A stretch of DNA of 64,000 nt, from positions 6,535 to 70,534 of the forward strand of contig JAYTUW010000043.1 of NCBI GenBank assembly GCA_043744345.1, in the 5' to 3' direction. How positions within the stretch are numbered: position 1 is the first letter of the stretch; each line of letters starts with the position of its first letter. The notes under the pieces are model-generated. The model was not told the DNA's origin. It saw nothing but the letters and a program-made list of their open reading frames with translations, and did not search any database. The stretch comes from Sideroxydans sp. GTDB taxonomy: Bacteria > Pseudomonadota > Gammaproteobacteria > Burkholderiales > Gallionellaceae. The translations under genes and the position numbers were made by a program. Of this stretch, positions 9,762-19,253 are shown piece by piece.

Positions 9762-9984
9762 TCCAGGCCAGGCGGCGGCGCGGCCGTGGCCGAACGGAAG
9801 CTGCCCCGGACGAACCGCAAGCAGTCGTCAGAATGTGCCAGTGGCAATGCACCGCATACCCCGACCGGCCAAATAGCCGCACAAATCCCCCTCTATTCAC
9901 CTCATCGGTTTGACAGCCGTTCCTGATAATACGCACAAGAGAAGTGGTCCTTGCGGACCGCGGAAATGAAACCCAGAGGTGCGT

Positions 9985-12069
9985 ATGTCCATGCTTGAAA
10001 TGTTGAAGTCCGCGATGCTGCGCGGCGGTGTAAGGGGGTTGGCCGGCCCCATCCTGATCGTGATGATCCTGTCGATGATGGTGCTGCCGCTGCCGCCGTT
10101 CCTGCTCGACATCCTGTTCACTTTCAATATCGCGCTGGCCATCATGGTGTTGCTGGTGGCGATGAACACGACCAAGCCGCTGGATTTTGCCGTGTTCCCC
10201 ACCGTGCTGCTGATCTCCACCCTGTTGCGCCTGTCGCTCAATGTCGCCTCCACCCGCGTGGTGTTGTTGGAAGGCCATACCGGTCCGGCGGCGGCGGGCA
10301 AGGTGATCGAGTCCTTCGGGCATTTCCTGGTCGGCGGCAATTATGCCGTGGGCATCGTGGTGTTCGTGATCCTGGTGGTCATCAACTTTGTGGTCATCAC
10401 CAAGGGCGCCGGACGTATCGCCGAAGTGGGCGCGCGGTTCACGTTGGACGCGATGCCCGGCAAACAGATGGCCATTGATGCCGACCTGAACGCGGGCCTG
10501 ATCGGCGAGGACGTGGCGCGCAAACGCCGCGCCGAGATCGCGCAGGAAGCGGATTTCTACGGCGCCATGGACGGTGCCTCCAAGTTCGTGCGCGGCGATG
10601 CCGTCGCCGGCATCATCATCATGCTCATCAATATCGTCGGCGGACTGGTCATCGGCGTGATGCAGCACAATCTCGATTTGGCCACGGCGGCACACAACTA
10701 CACCCTGCTCACCATCGGTGACGGACTGGTGGCACAGATTCCAGCGCTAGTGATCTCCACCGCGGCCGGCATGGTGGTTAGCCGCGTTTCCAGCGAGGAC
10801 AACATTGGCCAGCAACTGGCCAAGCAACTGATCTCGAGTCCGCAAGTGCTGATCCTGACCGCGACCATTATCGGCATGCTGGGCGTGATTCCGGGCATGC
10901 CGCATTTCGCGTTCCTGCTGCTGGCCGGGGCGATGGGCTGGTTCGCATTCTTTCTGTTACAGCGCACAAAGCTCGATGAAGAAAAGGCTGCAGCCGAGGA
11001 GAACCCGGTTGTCGCGCCCAGCACCGAGGCACCGGAGGCCAGCTGGGAAGATGTGGCTCAAGTGGATGTGCTGGGGCTGGAGGTCGGCTACCGGCTGATC
11101 GCGCTGGTGGACAAGGCGCAGGATGGCGACCTGTTGCGCCGTATCAAAGGAATACGCAAGAAATTCACGCAGGACATGGGTTTTCTGCCGCCCGCCGTGC
11201 ATATCCGTGACAATCTGGATCTGCGTCCCAACGGTTATCGCATCACACTCAAAGGTGCGGAGATCGGCAGCGGCGAGGCTTATCCCAATCTGTTCCTTGC
11301 CATCAATCCCGGCAATGTGAGCGGCACGCTGCCCGGCACACAGACCAAAGACCCCGCGTTCGGACTGCCCGCCATCTGGGTGGACGCCGGGGTGCGCGAA
11401 CAGGCCCAGGTCATGGGTTATACCGTCGTTGATGCGGGCACCGTGGTGGCGACGCACATGAGTCATCTTATCCACCTGCATGCGGCAGAATTGCTGGGCC
11501 GCCAGGAACTGCAGCAACTGCTGGATCATCTCGGCAAGATCGCGCCCAAGCTGACCGAAGACCTTATTCCCAAGCTGCTGTCGCTGGCGACCGTGCAGAA
11601 GGTGATGCAGAACCTGCTCGACGAAGGAATGCACATCCGCGATATGCGCACCATCCTGGAGACGCTGGCAGAGCATGCGCCGCAGACGCAGGACGCGAAC
11701 GTGCTGACCAGCCTGGTGCGCGTGGCGCTGGGAGCGGCCATCGTGCAGCAGTACTACCCGTCGGCACAGGAGCTGCAAGTCATCGGCATGGACAAGGAGC
11801 TGGAATACGTGCTGGCACAGGCCCTGCAGGCGGGCGGGTCCGCCATCGAGCCCAGCCTCGCCAATACCCTGCTGCGCGAGGCGCGCAATGCGACGCAGAC
11901 GCAGGAACAATTGGGCCTGCCCACGGTATTGCTGGTGCCGGGCCACATCCGCGACCTGTTATCGCGCTTCCTCAAGCGCTCGTTACCGCAACTCAAAGTC
12001 ATTTCACAAGAAGAAGTACCGGGGTTCAAGACGGTACGGTTTACATCCATGGTAGGGGGTAGAGCATGA
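9985..12069 (+). CDS. flhA: Flagellar export apparatus protein FlhA
   Basis: Matches the FlhA family (GPILIVMILSMMVLPLPPFLLDILFTFNIALAIMVLL, FHFLVGGNYAVGIVVF, and a large cytoplasmic C-domain). The start could instead be GTG 9979, ATG 9985 or ATG 9991. Confidence 0.93.
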   Translation: MSMLEMLKSAMLRGGVRGLAGPILIVMILSMMVLPLPPFLLDILFTFNIALAIMVLLVAMNTTKPLDFAVFPTVLLISTLLRLSLNVASTRVVLLEGHTGPAAAGKVIESFGHFLVGGNYAVGIVVFVILVVINFVVITKGAGRIAEVGARFTLDAMPGKQMAIDADLNAGLIGEDVARKRRAEIAQEADFYGAMDGASKFVRGDAVAGIIIMLINIVGGLVIGVMQHNLDLATAAHNYTLLTIGDGLVAQIPALVISTAAGMVVSRVSSEDNIGQQLAKQLISSPQVLILTATIIGMLGVIPGMPHFAFLLLAGAMGWFAFFLLQRTKLDEEKAAAEENPVVAPSTEAPEASWEDVAQVDVLGLEVGYRLIALVDKAQDGDLLRRIKGIRKKFTQDMGFLPPAVHIRDNLDLRPNGYRITLKGAEIGSGEAYPNLFLAINPGNVSGTLPGTQTKDPAFGLPAIWVDAGVREQAQVMGYTVVDAGTVVATHMSHLIHLHAAELLGRQELQQLLDHLGKIAPKLTEDLIPKLLSLATVQKVMQNLLDEGMHIRDMRTILETLAEHAPQTQDANVLTSLVRVALGAAIVQQYYPSAQELQVIGMDKELEYVLAQALQAGGSAIEPSLANTLLREARNATQTQEQLGLPTVLLVPGHIRDLLSRFLKRSLPQLKVISQEEVPGFKTVRFTSMVGGRA

Positions 12070-13322
12070 ACGCCAGAAAATTTATTGCTGCCAGTTCGCG
12101 CGACGCGCTGAAACTGGTGCGGGTCGAACTCGGCGAGGACGCCGTGATTCTTTCCAACCGCAAAGTGCCGGAGGGCGTGGAGATCGTGGCGGTGGCCGGT
12201 GCCGAGCTGGCGCACCTGAGCGAGACCCGCACGCCCGACAGTGCAGCCAAGCCGTCTCGTCCCGGCAAGTTGTCCGCGCAGGGGGCGAACCAGGCCGCCG
12301 CGCTGGGGGCCAAGGTGTTGGCGGCGAATACCCAACGCGAAACGGTAGTCGTGCGCGAATCCGCGGGGACGACTGCAGAACAGCAATCCCTCCTGTCCGA
12401 GATCAAGACCATGCGCAACCTGATGCAGGAACAGATGGCGCGCCTCTCCTGGTCCGACATGCAACAACGCGATCCCGAGCGCAGCGGTCTGCTGCGCGAC
12501 ATGCTCAATGTCGGGTTCAGCCCGTTGCTGTCGCGCCAGTTGACCGAAAAGATGCCCGCCAAGGGCGGCCTCGACTGGTTGCGCCGCACCCTGGGCCACA
12601 ATCTGCGCGTGGCGAGCGTGCAGGAAGACGTGGTGGCACGCGGCGGCATCTACGCGCTGGTCGGCCCCACCGGCGTCGGCAAGACCACCACCACCGCCAA
12701 GATGGCGGCGCGTGCCGTGGTGCGCTACGGCGCGGACAAGGTGGCGCTGGTCACCACCGACAGCTACCGTATCGGTGCCCACGAACAACTCAAGATTTAC
12801 GGCAAGATCCTCGGCGTGTCGGTGCATGCCGTGCGCGATACCGAAGACCTGAAACTCACCCTGTCCGGACTCAAGCACAAGCACCTGGTGCTGATCGACA
12901 CCATGGGCGTGGGACAGCGCGACAGCCGCGTGGCCGAGCAGGCGCAGATGTTCGACACGGTGGGCGTGCAGCGCCTGTTGCTGTTGAATGCCACCAGTTC
13001 CGGCGGCACGCTGGACGATGTGGTCAAAATGTACGGCGGCAGCGGCGTGATCGGCTGCATCCCGACCAAGCTGGACGAAGCGGTGACGCTGGGCACGGTG
13101 CTGGATGTGGTGGTGCGCCACAAATTGACCATGCACTACATCGCCAGCGGCCAGCGCGTGCCCGAAGACTTGCACGAAGTGAATCTGGAATATCTGCTGC
13201 ATCGCGTATTCAAGGACGCGGGCAAGGCGAATCCGGCATTCGCCATGCCCGAGGCGGAATTGCCCACGTTCATGGCAGGGATGGGTAGCGCACACACGAC
13301 ACGGGGGCAATATGCGATCTAA
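12066..13322 (+). CDS. flhF: Flagellar placement GTPase FlhF (SRP-type)
   Basis: The ATGA overlaps the flhA stop. The N-terminus is MNARKFIAASSRDALKLVRVELGEDAVILS. The GTPase G1 motif GPTGVGKTTT and the DTMG motif are present. Confidence 0.9.
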   Translation: MNARKFIAASSRDALKLVRVELGEDAVILSNRKVPEGVEIVAVAGAELAHLSETRTPDSAAKPSRPGKLSAQGANQAAALGAKVLAANTQRETVVVRESAGTTAEQQSLLSEIKTMRNLMQEQMARLSWSDMQQRDPERSGLLRDMLNVGFSPLLSRQLTEKMPAKGGLDWLRRTLGHNLRVASVQEDVVARGGIYALVGPTGVGKTTTTAKMAARAVVRYGADKVALVTTDSYRIGAHEQLKIYGKILGVSVHAVRDTEDLKLTLSGLKHKHLVLIDTMGVGQRDSRVAEQAQMFDTVGVQRLLLLNATSSGGTLDDVVKMYGGSGVIGCIPTKLDEAVTLGTVLDVVVRHKLTMHYIASGQRVPEDLHEVNLEYLLHRVFKDAGKANPAFAMPEAELPTFMAGMGSAHTTRGQYAI

Positions 13323-14202
13323 TGATCAGGATCAGGCAGCGGGTCTGCGCCGCCTGTTGGCACGCTCCAGTTCACGCGTGGTCACGGTGGTCGGCGCGCG
13401 CGACGGTTTGGGCGCGACCAGCATCGTCGTGAATCTGGCCGCCGTGCTGGCGGGCTCGGGCAAGGATGTGCTGGTGCTGGACGAGAACCTGTCGCACGAC
13501 AATGTCGCCAACACATTGGCGCTGAAATCGCGTTACGACATGATGCATGTGGTGCGCGGCGACAAGGCCTGGCAGGAGGTGATGCTGCAGTCCGCGCAGG
13601 GTGTGCGCGTACTGCCTGTGGCCAGGGCGATGCAAAGCCTGCCTTCGCTGAATGAGACGCAGCGCGAGTGCCTGATGGATTCGCTGACGGCCGCGGCCAA
13701 GGACGTGGATGTTGTGCTGGTGGATGCGGCGCGCGACGGACATTCGGTTTGTGCCAGCCTTTCGGGCGACGAACCGCTGCTGCTGGTGTTGAACGCCACC
13801 GCCAGCGGTATCACCGAAAGTTATGCCTTGCTCAAGCAGATGGCGTTGCATAATGGCAGGCAGGCATTCGATATCGTGGTCAACAAGGTGGGCAGCGAGC
13901 GCGAGGCGCTGGCGATATTCGACAATATGTCGCTGGTGGCGCGGGTGCACCTGCAAGTGCGTTTGGAATATCTGGGTTATATTCCGGTTGATGAAAAGCT
14001 CAAACGTGCGACACAATTATGCCGTCCGGTGATCGAGGCGTTTCCGGCGGCGCCAGCGTCGTACGCGATACGCGAGGTTGCGCAGGGTCTGATGCGTGCG
14101 CCGAGCGCGGTGGATGAAGGGCAGGATGTACTGGGCAGCGTGATGCAGCGTGTGATGCGTCAGGCGCGCCCGGCAAACAACAGAGTGGCGAGCCTCCCAT
14201 GA
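13312..14202 (+). CDS. flhG: FlhG/FleN-like MinD-family protein with degenerate Walker A
   Basis: The position (flhF-flhG-fliA) and the MinD/ParA-like fold pattern fit FlhG. The N-terminal DQAAGLR matches the DQAxxLR FlhF-activator motif. The expected KGGxGK[ST] P-loop reads GARDGLGATS. Confidence 0.75.
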   Translation: MRSNDQDQAAGLRRLLARSSSRVVTVVGARDGLGATSIVVNLAAVLAGSGKDVLVLDENLSHDNVANTLALKSRYDMMHVVRGDKAWQEVMLQSAQGVRVLPVARAMQSLPSLNETQRECLMDSLTAAAKDVDVVLVDAARDGHSVCASLSGDEPLLLVLNATASGITESYALLKQMALHNGRQAFDIVVNKVGSEREALAIFDNMSLVARVHLQVRLEYLGYIPVDEKLKRATQLCRPVIEAFPAAPASYAIREVAQGLMRAPSAVDEGQDVLGSVMQRVMRQARPANNRVASLP

Positions 14203-14942
14203 GAATCGCCGGCAATCTAAAGACCAAGGCCATGTATACGCCGAACGGATTGAACGACAAAGAAGAGTGTCTGATGGAGTATGCGCATCTGGTGAAGCGC
14301 ATCGCCCATCACATGATGCTCAAGCTTCCGGGCAGCGTGGAAGTGGATGACCTTATCCAGGCGGGGATGATGGGGCTGCTGGATGCCGCCAGCCGTTACG
14401 ACGAGTTGCGCGGCGCGCAGTTCGAGACCTATGCCGCACAGCGCATTCGCGGCGCGATGCTGGACGAGTTGCGCGGGGCCGACTGGTTGCCGCGCAGCAT
14501 GCGCCGCGACATGCGCAAGATAGAGACAGCAGTCAGTCGTCTGCAGCAAAAACTCGGAAAATCGCCGAACGAAACCGAGATCGCAAAGGAAATGGGCATC
14601 TCCCTGATCGAATACCAGCAACTGCTGCAGGAATCGCGCGGCGCGCAACTTTTTTACTATGAAGACTTTCACGGCGACGGCGACGAGGATTTCTTCGACC
14701 GTTTCGTTATCGACAGCAACAGCAACCCGCTGGATCTGCTGCAGGACGGGCGCTTCCGCGATGCCCTCATCCAGGCCATCGAACGCCTGCCCGAACGCGA
14801 AAAACAACTGATGGGCATGCACTACGAACAGGACATGAACCTGCGCGAGATCGGTGAAGTGATGGGCGTGTCCGAATCGCGCGTGTGTCAGTTGCATACG
14901 CAGGCCGTGGCGCGCTTGCGTGCCTCGATGAAAGGTTACTGA
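14199..14942 (+). CDS. fliA: Flagellar sigma factor FliA (sigma-28)
   Basis: Sigma-70 family regions 2 to 4 are present (YAHLVKRIAHHM, DDLIQAGMMGLLDA, EKQLMGMHYEQDMNLREIGEVMGVSESRVCQLH). The start is either an ATGA overlap at 14199 or the internal ATG at 14232. Confidence 0.9.
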   Translation: MRIAGNLKTKAMYTPNGLNDKEECLMEYAHLVKRIAHHMMLKLPGSVEVDDLIQAGMMGLLDAASRYDELRGAQFETYAAQRIRGAMLDELRGADWLPRSMRRDMRKIETAVSRLQQKLGKSPNETEIAKEMGISLIEYQQLLQESRGAQLFYYEDFHGDGDEDFFDRFVIDSNSNPLDLLQDGRFRDALIQAIERLPEREKQLMGMHYEQDMNLREIGEVMGVSESRVCQLHTQAVARLRASMKGY

Positions 14943-15691
14943 TGGACAAGCTTAGCCTGTTCGGGTTGCTAGTCGCCCTGACCGGCATCCTCGGTGGCCA
15001 GATGCTGGAGGGCGGCTCGGTTGCCGTGTTGATGCAGGCGGCCGCGTTCCTCATTGTGTTCGGCGGCACGATCGGAGCGGTGATGCTGCAACACCCCATG
15101 AAAGTCTTCATGGCCGGCCTTAAAATGGCGGGCTGGGTGTTTGTCACACCGCAGGTCGATACCCAAAAACTGGCGTACCAGATCACGGCCTGGGGCAGCG
15201 TGGCGCGCAAGGACGGTATTCTTGCGCTGGAAGCCCAACTGAACAGAATTGACGATCCGTTCGTCCGCAAGGGATTGCAGATGCTGGTGGACGGCAACAG
15301 CGCGGAAAAGATACGCGAGGTAATGGATGTCGACCTGCAAACGTATGAGACGCTGCGCTGGCAAGCGGCACGGGTATGGGAATCGGCCGCCGGATACGCT
15401 CCCACCATCGGCATTCTCGGTGCGGTGCTGGGGCTGGTGCATGTGATGCAAAGCCTGGCCGAACCGGCCAAACTGGGGGCCGGTATCGCCGTTGCATTCA
15501 TCGCCACCATCTACGGCGTGGGTTCCGCCAATCTGTTGTTCCTGCCCATCGCGGGCAAACTCAAAATCATCATTCAGGATCAGGTGAATATGCGCGAGAT
15601 GCTGATTGACGGGCTGTGCATGGTCGCCAACGCCGAGAATCCCCGCTTCATCGAGAACAAGCTGAAAGGCTACGTCGAAGAGGCCAACTGA
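14942..15691 (+). CDS. motA: Flagellar stator protein MotA
   Basis: The ATG overlaps the fliA stop. The translation MDKLSLFGLLVALTGILGG plus the conserved C-terminal TM pair (GILGAVLGLVHVM, AFIATIYGVGSANLLFLPIA) fit MotA. The track ORF has a 5' extension, which was rejected. Confidence 0.9.
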   Translation: MDKLSLFGLLVALTGILGGQMLEGGSVAVLMQAAAFLIVFGGTIGAVMLQHPMKVFMAGLKMAGWVFVTPQVDTQKLAYQITAWGSVARKDGILALEAQLNRIDDPFVRKGLQMLVDGNSAEKIREVMDVDLQTYETLRWQAARVWESAAGYAPTIGILGAVLGLVHVMQSLAEPAKLGAGIAVAFIATIYGVGSANLLFLPIAGKLKIIIQDQVNMREMLIDGLCMVANAENPRFIENKLKGYVEEAN

Positions 15692-16479
15692 TGGCGCGTC
15701 GCCCAAAAAGACCCGAGCACGACAATCACGAGCGCTGGATGGTCTCCTACGCCGACTTCATCACCCTGCTGTTCGCATTCTTCGTCGTCATGTACGGCAT
15801 CTCCTCGGTGAACGAGGGCAAATACAAAGTCTTCGGCGCCGCCATCAACAAAGCCTTCGGCACCAAATCCAGCGCAACGGAAGGCGGCTCCATCCATTTG
15901 ACCGAAGAAGAGATCTATTTCAAATCGCTGGTGGACAGACGCAACGCGCGCCTCGCGGACAAACAGCGCAAACAGAACGAGCGCATGAAGAACCTCGCCA
16001 ATACGCTGAACGATGCCATGGACAAGTTCGTGAAGAACGGCCAGATGAACGTGTCGCAAACCGGCCGCGGCGTGGAGATCGAAATCAACGCCAGCGCCCT
16101 GTTCAACCAGGGCGAAGCCGACATCCAGCCGGAAGCGAAGAAGACATTGGCCGACGCGGCCAAAGTGCTGGTGGAAAATGAATACGCCATCGAGGTCGAA
16201 GGCCACACCGACAACCTGCCCATCAGCACCGCCAAGTTTCCCTCCAACTGGGAGCTGTCATCGGCGCGCGCCAGCAGCGTGGTGCGCCTGTTCATCGACC
16301 AGGGCGTCGTCGCGAAGCGGCTGAGGGCGGTGGGCTCTGCCGACAACCAACCGGTGCTGCCCAACGACAGCCCGGAAGCCCGCGCCCGCAACCGGCGCGT
16401 GACCATCACGGTGTTGACGCCAGAGGCGGAAGCCGTACCGGCATCGGTGACGGATACATCAGGTGCGGCTGGGGAATAA
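15691..16479 (+). CDS. motB: Flagellar stator protein MotB (OmpA-like C-terminus)
   Basis: The ATG overlaps the motA stop. The plug/TM region is ERWMVSYADFITLLFAFFVVMY (conserved Asp). The peptidoglycan-binding domain reads VEGHTDNLPI...SNWELSSARASSVVRLF. Confidence 0.9.
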   Translation: MARRPKRPEHDNHERWMVSYADFITLLFAFFVVMYGISSVNEGKYKVFGAAINKAFGTKSSATEGGSIHLTEEEIYFKSLVDRRNARLADKQRKQNERMKNLANTLNDAMDKFVKNGQMNVSQTGRGVEIEINASALFNQGEADIQPEAKKTLADAAKVLVENEYAIEVEGHTDNLPISTAKFPSNWELSSARASSVVRLFIDQGVVAKRLRAVGSADNQPVLPNDSPEARARNRRVTITVLTPEAEAVPASVTDTSGAAGE

Positions 16480-16586
16480 ACGACTGAAGACTGCTGGATG
16501 GTTGGGGAGGTCGTGGTCTGTCCCAGATTATTTCTGCGCTAGGGTTAGCAGAGCGGTTAAGAAGGGTGAGGAAAAACGAAGGGGGG

Positions 16587-16660
16587 TGCAATATTCTATA
16601 TTGCAAGACCCGACCCCAAGGTGTTGTGCGACCCCAAGGTGTTGTGACCCCAAGGTGTTG
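16587..16660. repeat. Palindrome TGCAATAT-TCT-ATATTGCA followed by three tandem copies of GACCCCAAGGTGTTG(TG)
   Basis: Read directly. The palindrome is at 16587-16605. The tandem units start at 16612, 16630 and 16646. All lie in the motB-orphan spacer. Confidence 0.85.
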
Positions 16661-16882
16661 CTGAATTTCGATTTGAGGTATGTGCTCAAGCGGATGGAAC
16701 CCGGGCATGAGCATGAACACGATAAGGGGGATAGAAGAAACGGGCTGGAAAGAAATAGTTTACCTACCGCTCTTTAGTTGGCTCGCATGGTCTTGGCGGG
16801 CCTTGCGAGCCGCCTCCTCACACTCTCTACCACGTAGCAGTACACGATTTCGTTTCAATCGCACGGTATTGAAGGGATATAT

Positions 16883-18658
16883 ATGATCGAGACCAATAGC
16901 GCTTACGTTCTTCGCCAACTTTTGTTGCCATTACTCGTGTTTGGAATTTGTGGTGGCGCTTATGCAGGTGCGGATCCTGCTCCCGCAGATTGGTTACCTT
17001 CGTTTAACAAGGTTAAGTTCGATGCGAATGACATCGTTTTCGCTGCAGGGGACACACAGATTCGTTTGCCCAACGGCCAGTGGGATAGCGCTATCAGCTC
17101 ACCGATTAACATATTGTCGGAAAGGCGCGATTCTTATGCGCCAAAGGTGAAAGCTTGTTCCATCCCACAAGAGGTACTTTCGAAGTATAAGAATGAATAT
17201 AACCCGAGCGAGATTTGGTATTGCGACCTCCCGGAGAAGATTTGGTTTGCAAGCGGTGGCTATTGCGGCGAGGGCGATGACAATCCTAAATTGAATCAGG
17301 GGCACTTGTATTCGTACACTCCGTCAAACGGAGAAGTTGTGCAGCATCCCGGTTTTTTGCCTATGTGCGCTGAGCTGGCGGGTTTAGATCGCATTAACAA
17401 CTTACTGGTAGGTGTGACCGTTTATCAGGGAGAATATGGACAAGGCGCAGGCGAGGTGATCTTCCTTGATTTGAATGATTTGAAAGCTCCACCAAGAATA
17501 TTGAGGAATCCAAAATCGTCCGGTGCAGTAGTTGGCATGTCTCCTTACGACAAGCAATGCGATTGCCTGTGGTTTGCCACCCAGGAGGGCATAGAACGCC
17601 TAACCGTTGGTGGCGGCAAATGGGAGCAGCGGTATTTAGATTTTGAGATATCGCCTGAGAATCGGCTCATATTGACGCTTTCGCTCCAAAAGCCAAGTCA
17701 GGCAAAGTTTTGGATGGGCCGAGCGATACACAACTACCCGATTGAAGATCCGCGCGGGTTTGCCAACGCGTGGAATAGAAGCCCAACCCCTCAATATACA
17801 GAGCATCCACGCACCGGGCCATTGATTCTTCCCTTCTACATTGCGGCAATCGAGCGCACGAAAGACTGGGAAAAGGATTGGACTTATGGCGAACTGATCA
17901 GGATCGTGGCGATGCACCAAGATCCAGAAAGCAAGCCAGCAGCTCGTGCTTATATTGAAATGCAGCTAAAGCAACCCATAAAACTGAGCAGAAAGGGTGA
18001 GCTTATGTCAGCTGCCAAGAGGCTAGGGGTTAATGCCAAAAGTTTGGAGGGCGCATATTTCAACGACTTGCTGATTGAATATTTTTCCGGCTCGAAGACA
18101 AAATACTCCCATGAGAAAGATGTTGTCAGGTACGCCTTTGAACATCCGGAATATCTCCCCAAACTCAGAGAGTATTATCAGGCAAACACCATTTCGTTTG
18201 ATATCGAAAGGTCTTTTCTTGATACAGTTAAGTCATATAGCATGTGGCAAGGTTATTCAGTCATGGCTGCGACTATTGATGCAGGGCTGAAGCGCATGAG
18301 GCATCGCTCTGATTTGTTCCAGATGTGCGCAACAGACGACACTCCAAGAAATGAAAAGAAGTTGTCCGCTATTCTGCAGGCACGGCTGGAAACGGATACT
18401 CAGGCAAAACTGACGAATGAGGCAGGTTGGGGTGAGCACAATTGTATCAATGCTTCCTTCTACTGGATCAATTACGGCGGACCTGACCAAGTTCGAAGAA
18501 GAATCGATCTTATGCTTGCAACTGCCGCTGAGCATAATGAATATAGCTCTATCATCTTTGAGGCTTTGAATCGCAAGTACTCGACACCGTATAAAAGTAT
18601 CGATGAATGGAGGCGTTGGTGGAATTCTTATGCGCAACCCGCCAATTCATCGCATTAG
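16883..18658 (+). CDS. Secreted hypothetical protein (591 aa) with no family recognised, in an AT-richer insert
   Basis: This is a long ORF with AAGGGA 6 nt upstream of the ATG. It has an N-terminal signal peptide (LLLPLLVFGICGGAYAGADP). Codon usage is clearly AT-richer than all neighbouring genes. Motifs such as IWFASGG and CLWFATQEGIERL are faintly propeller-like. The C-terminal half is helical and rich in W, Y, E and K. Confidence 0.7.
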   Translation: MIETNSAYVLRQLLLPLLVFGICGGAYAGADPAPADWLPSFNKVKFDANDIVFAAGDTQIRLPNGQWDSAISSPINILSERRDSYAPKVKACSIPQEVLSKYKNEYNPSEIWYCDLPEKIWFASGGYCGEGDDNPKLNQGHLYSYTPSNGEVVQHPGFLPMCAELAGLDRINNLLVGVTVYQGEYGQGAGEVIFLDLNDLKAPPRILRNPKSSGAVVGMSPYDKQCDCLWFATQEGIERLTVGGGKWEQRYLDFEISPENRLILTLSLQKPSQAKFWMGRAIHNYPIEDPRGFANAWNRSPTPQYTEHPRTGPLILPFYIAAIERTKDWEKDWTYGELIRIVAMHQDPESKPAARAYIEMQLKQPIKLSRKGELMSAAKRLGVNAKSLEGAYFNDLLIEYFSGSKTKYSHEKDVVRYAFEHPEYLPKLREYYQANTISFDIERSFLDTVKSYSMWQGYSVMAATIDAGLKRMRHRSDLFQMCATDDTPRNEKKLSAILQARLETDTQAKLTNEAGWGEHNCINASFYWINYGGPDQVRRRIDLMLATAAEHNEYSSIIFEALNRKYSTPYKSIDEWRRWWNSYAQPANSSH

Positions 18659-18779
18659 CAGCCAACACAATAGATGCATGCGCAATCGATGGGGCAGACT
18701 CGATTGATTCCCCATAGATCGACATCCGGCGCACAGCCGAAAAGACCAATTACTTTGGAATGACTTGCGGAGCTGTCGC

Positions 18780-19253
18780 TCAGACGCTACCCAGCGTCCT
18801 GCTGCCGCTGATCTGGTTCGGCTGTCCGTCCGCGCCATACAGCCCCGCGGCACTTTGCGACGCGCTGTACAGCACACCCAACGCTTGCTGGTTGTAACGC
18901 AGTTTGATCTGGATGAGTTCGCCGTTGGTCTGGTTCAGGCGTTGCACGTGGGTTGCCAGTTGGCGTGCTTCCAGCCAGATCGGCAATGCTTGCGGCGCGT
19001 TTTGCTTCAGCCATTCCGCCATGTCTTTGGTGCCTTGCGGTACGTGGCGCTGGCGGGCAGAGGAGAGCGTGGAAATCTTGCTGGCCAGCTGGATCTTGGC
19101 TTCGGCGAGGGGCAGCAGTTCTTCGCTGTGCTGGCCGAGCAGGATGCGCTGTTCGTCTTCAAGCAAAACGACGAATGCCCGCAGGGTGGCGCATTCGTCG
19201 TTCAGGCTGGACTGAAATTCAGTCGCGATGCTGTTTGTCGGTTTTGCGGTCAA
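18780..19253 (-). CDS. flgN: Flagellar export chaperone FlgN
   Basis: Its position after flgM (with ATGA overlap), its size and its helical FlgN-like sequence (ECATLRAFVVLLEDEQRILL...QRLNQTNGELIQ) support the call. Confidence 0.8.
   Translation of the reverse strand: MTAKPTNSIATEFQSSLNDECATLRAFVVLLEDEQRILLGQHSEELLPLAEAKIQLASKISTLSSARQRHVPQGTKDMAEWLKQNAPQALPIWLEARQLATHVQRLNQTNGELIQIKLRYNQQALGVLYSASQSAAGLYGADGQPNQISGSRTLGSV

Noticed and set aside
16480-18779. Whether the AT-richer insert is a mobile element or prophage remnant.
   Set aside because: No integrase, transposase, tRNA attachment site, terminal inverted repeats or flanking direct duplication could be identified. It is reported only as a compositionally atypical insert.
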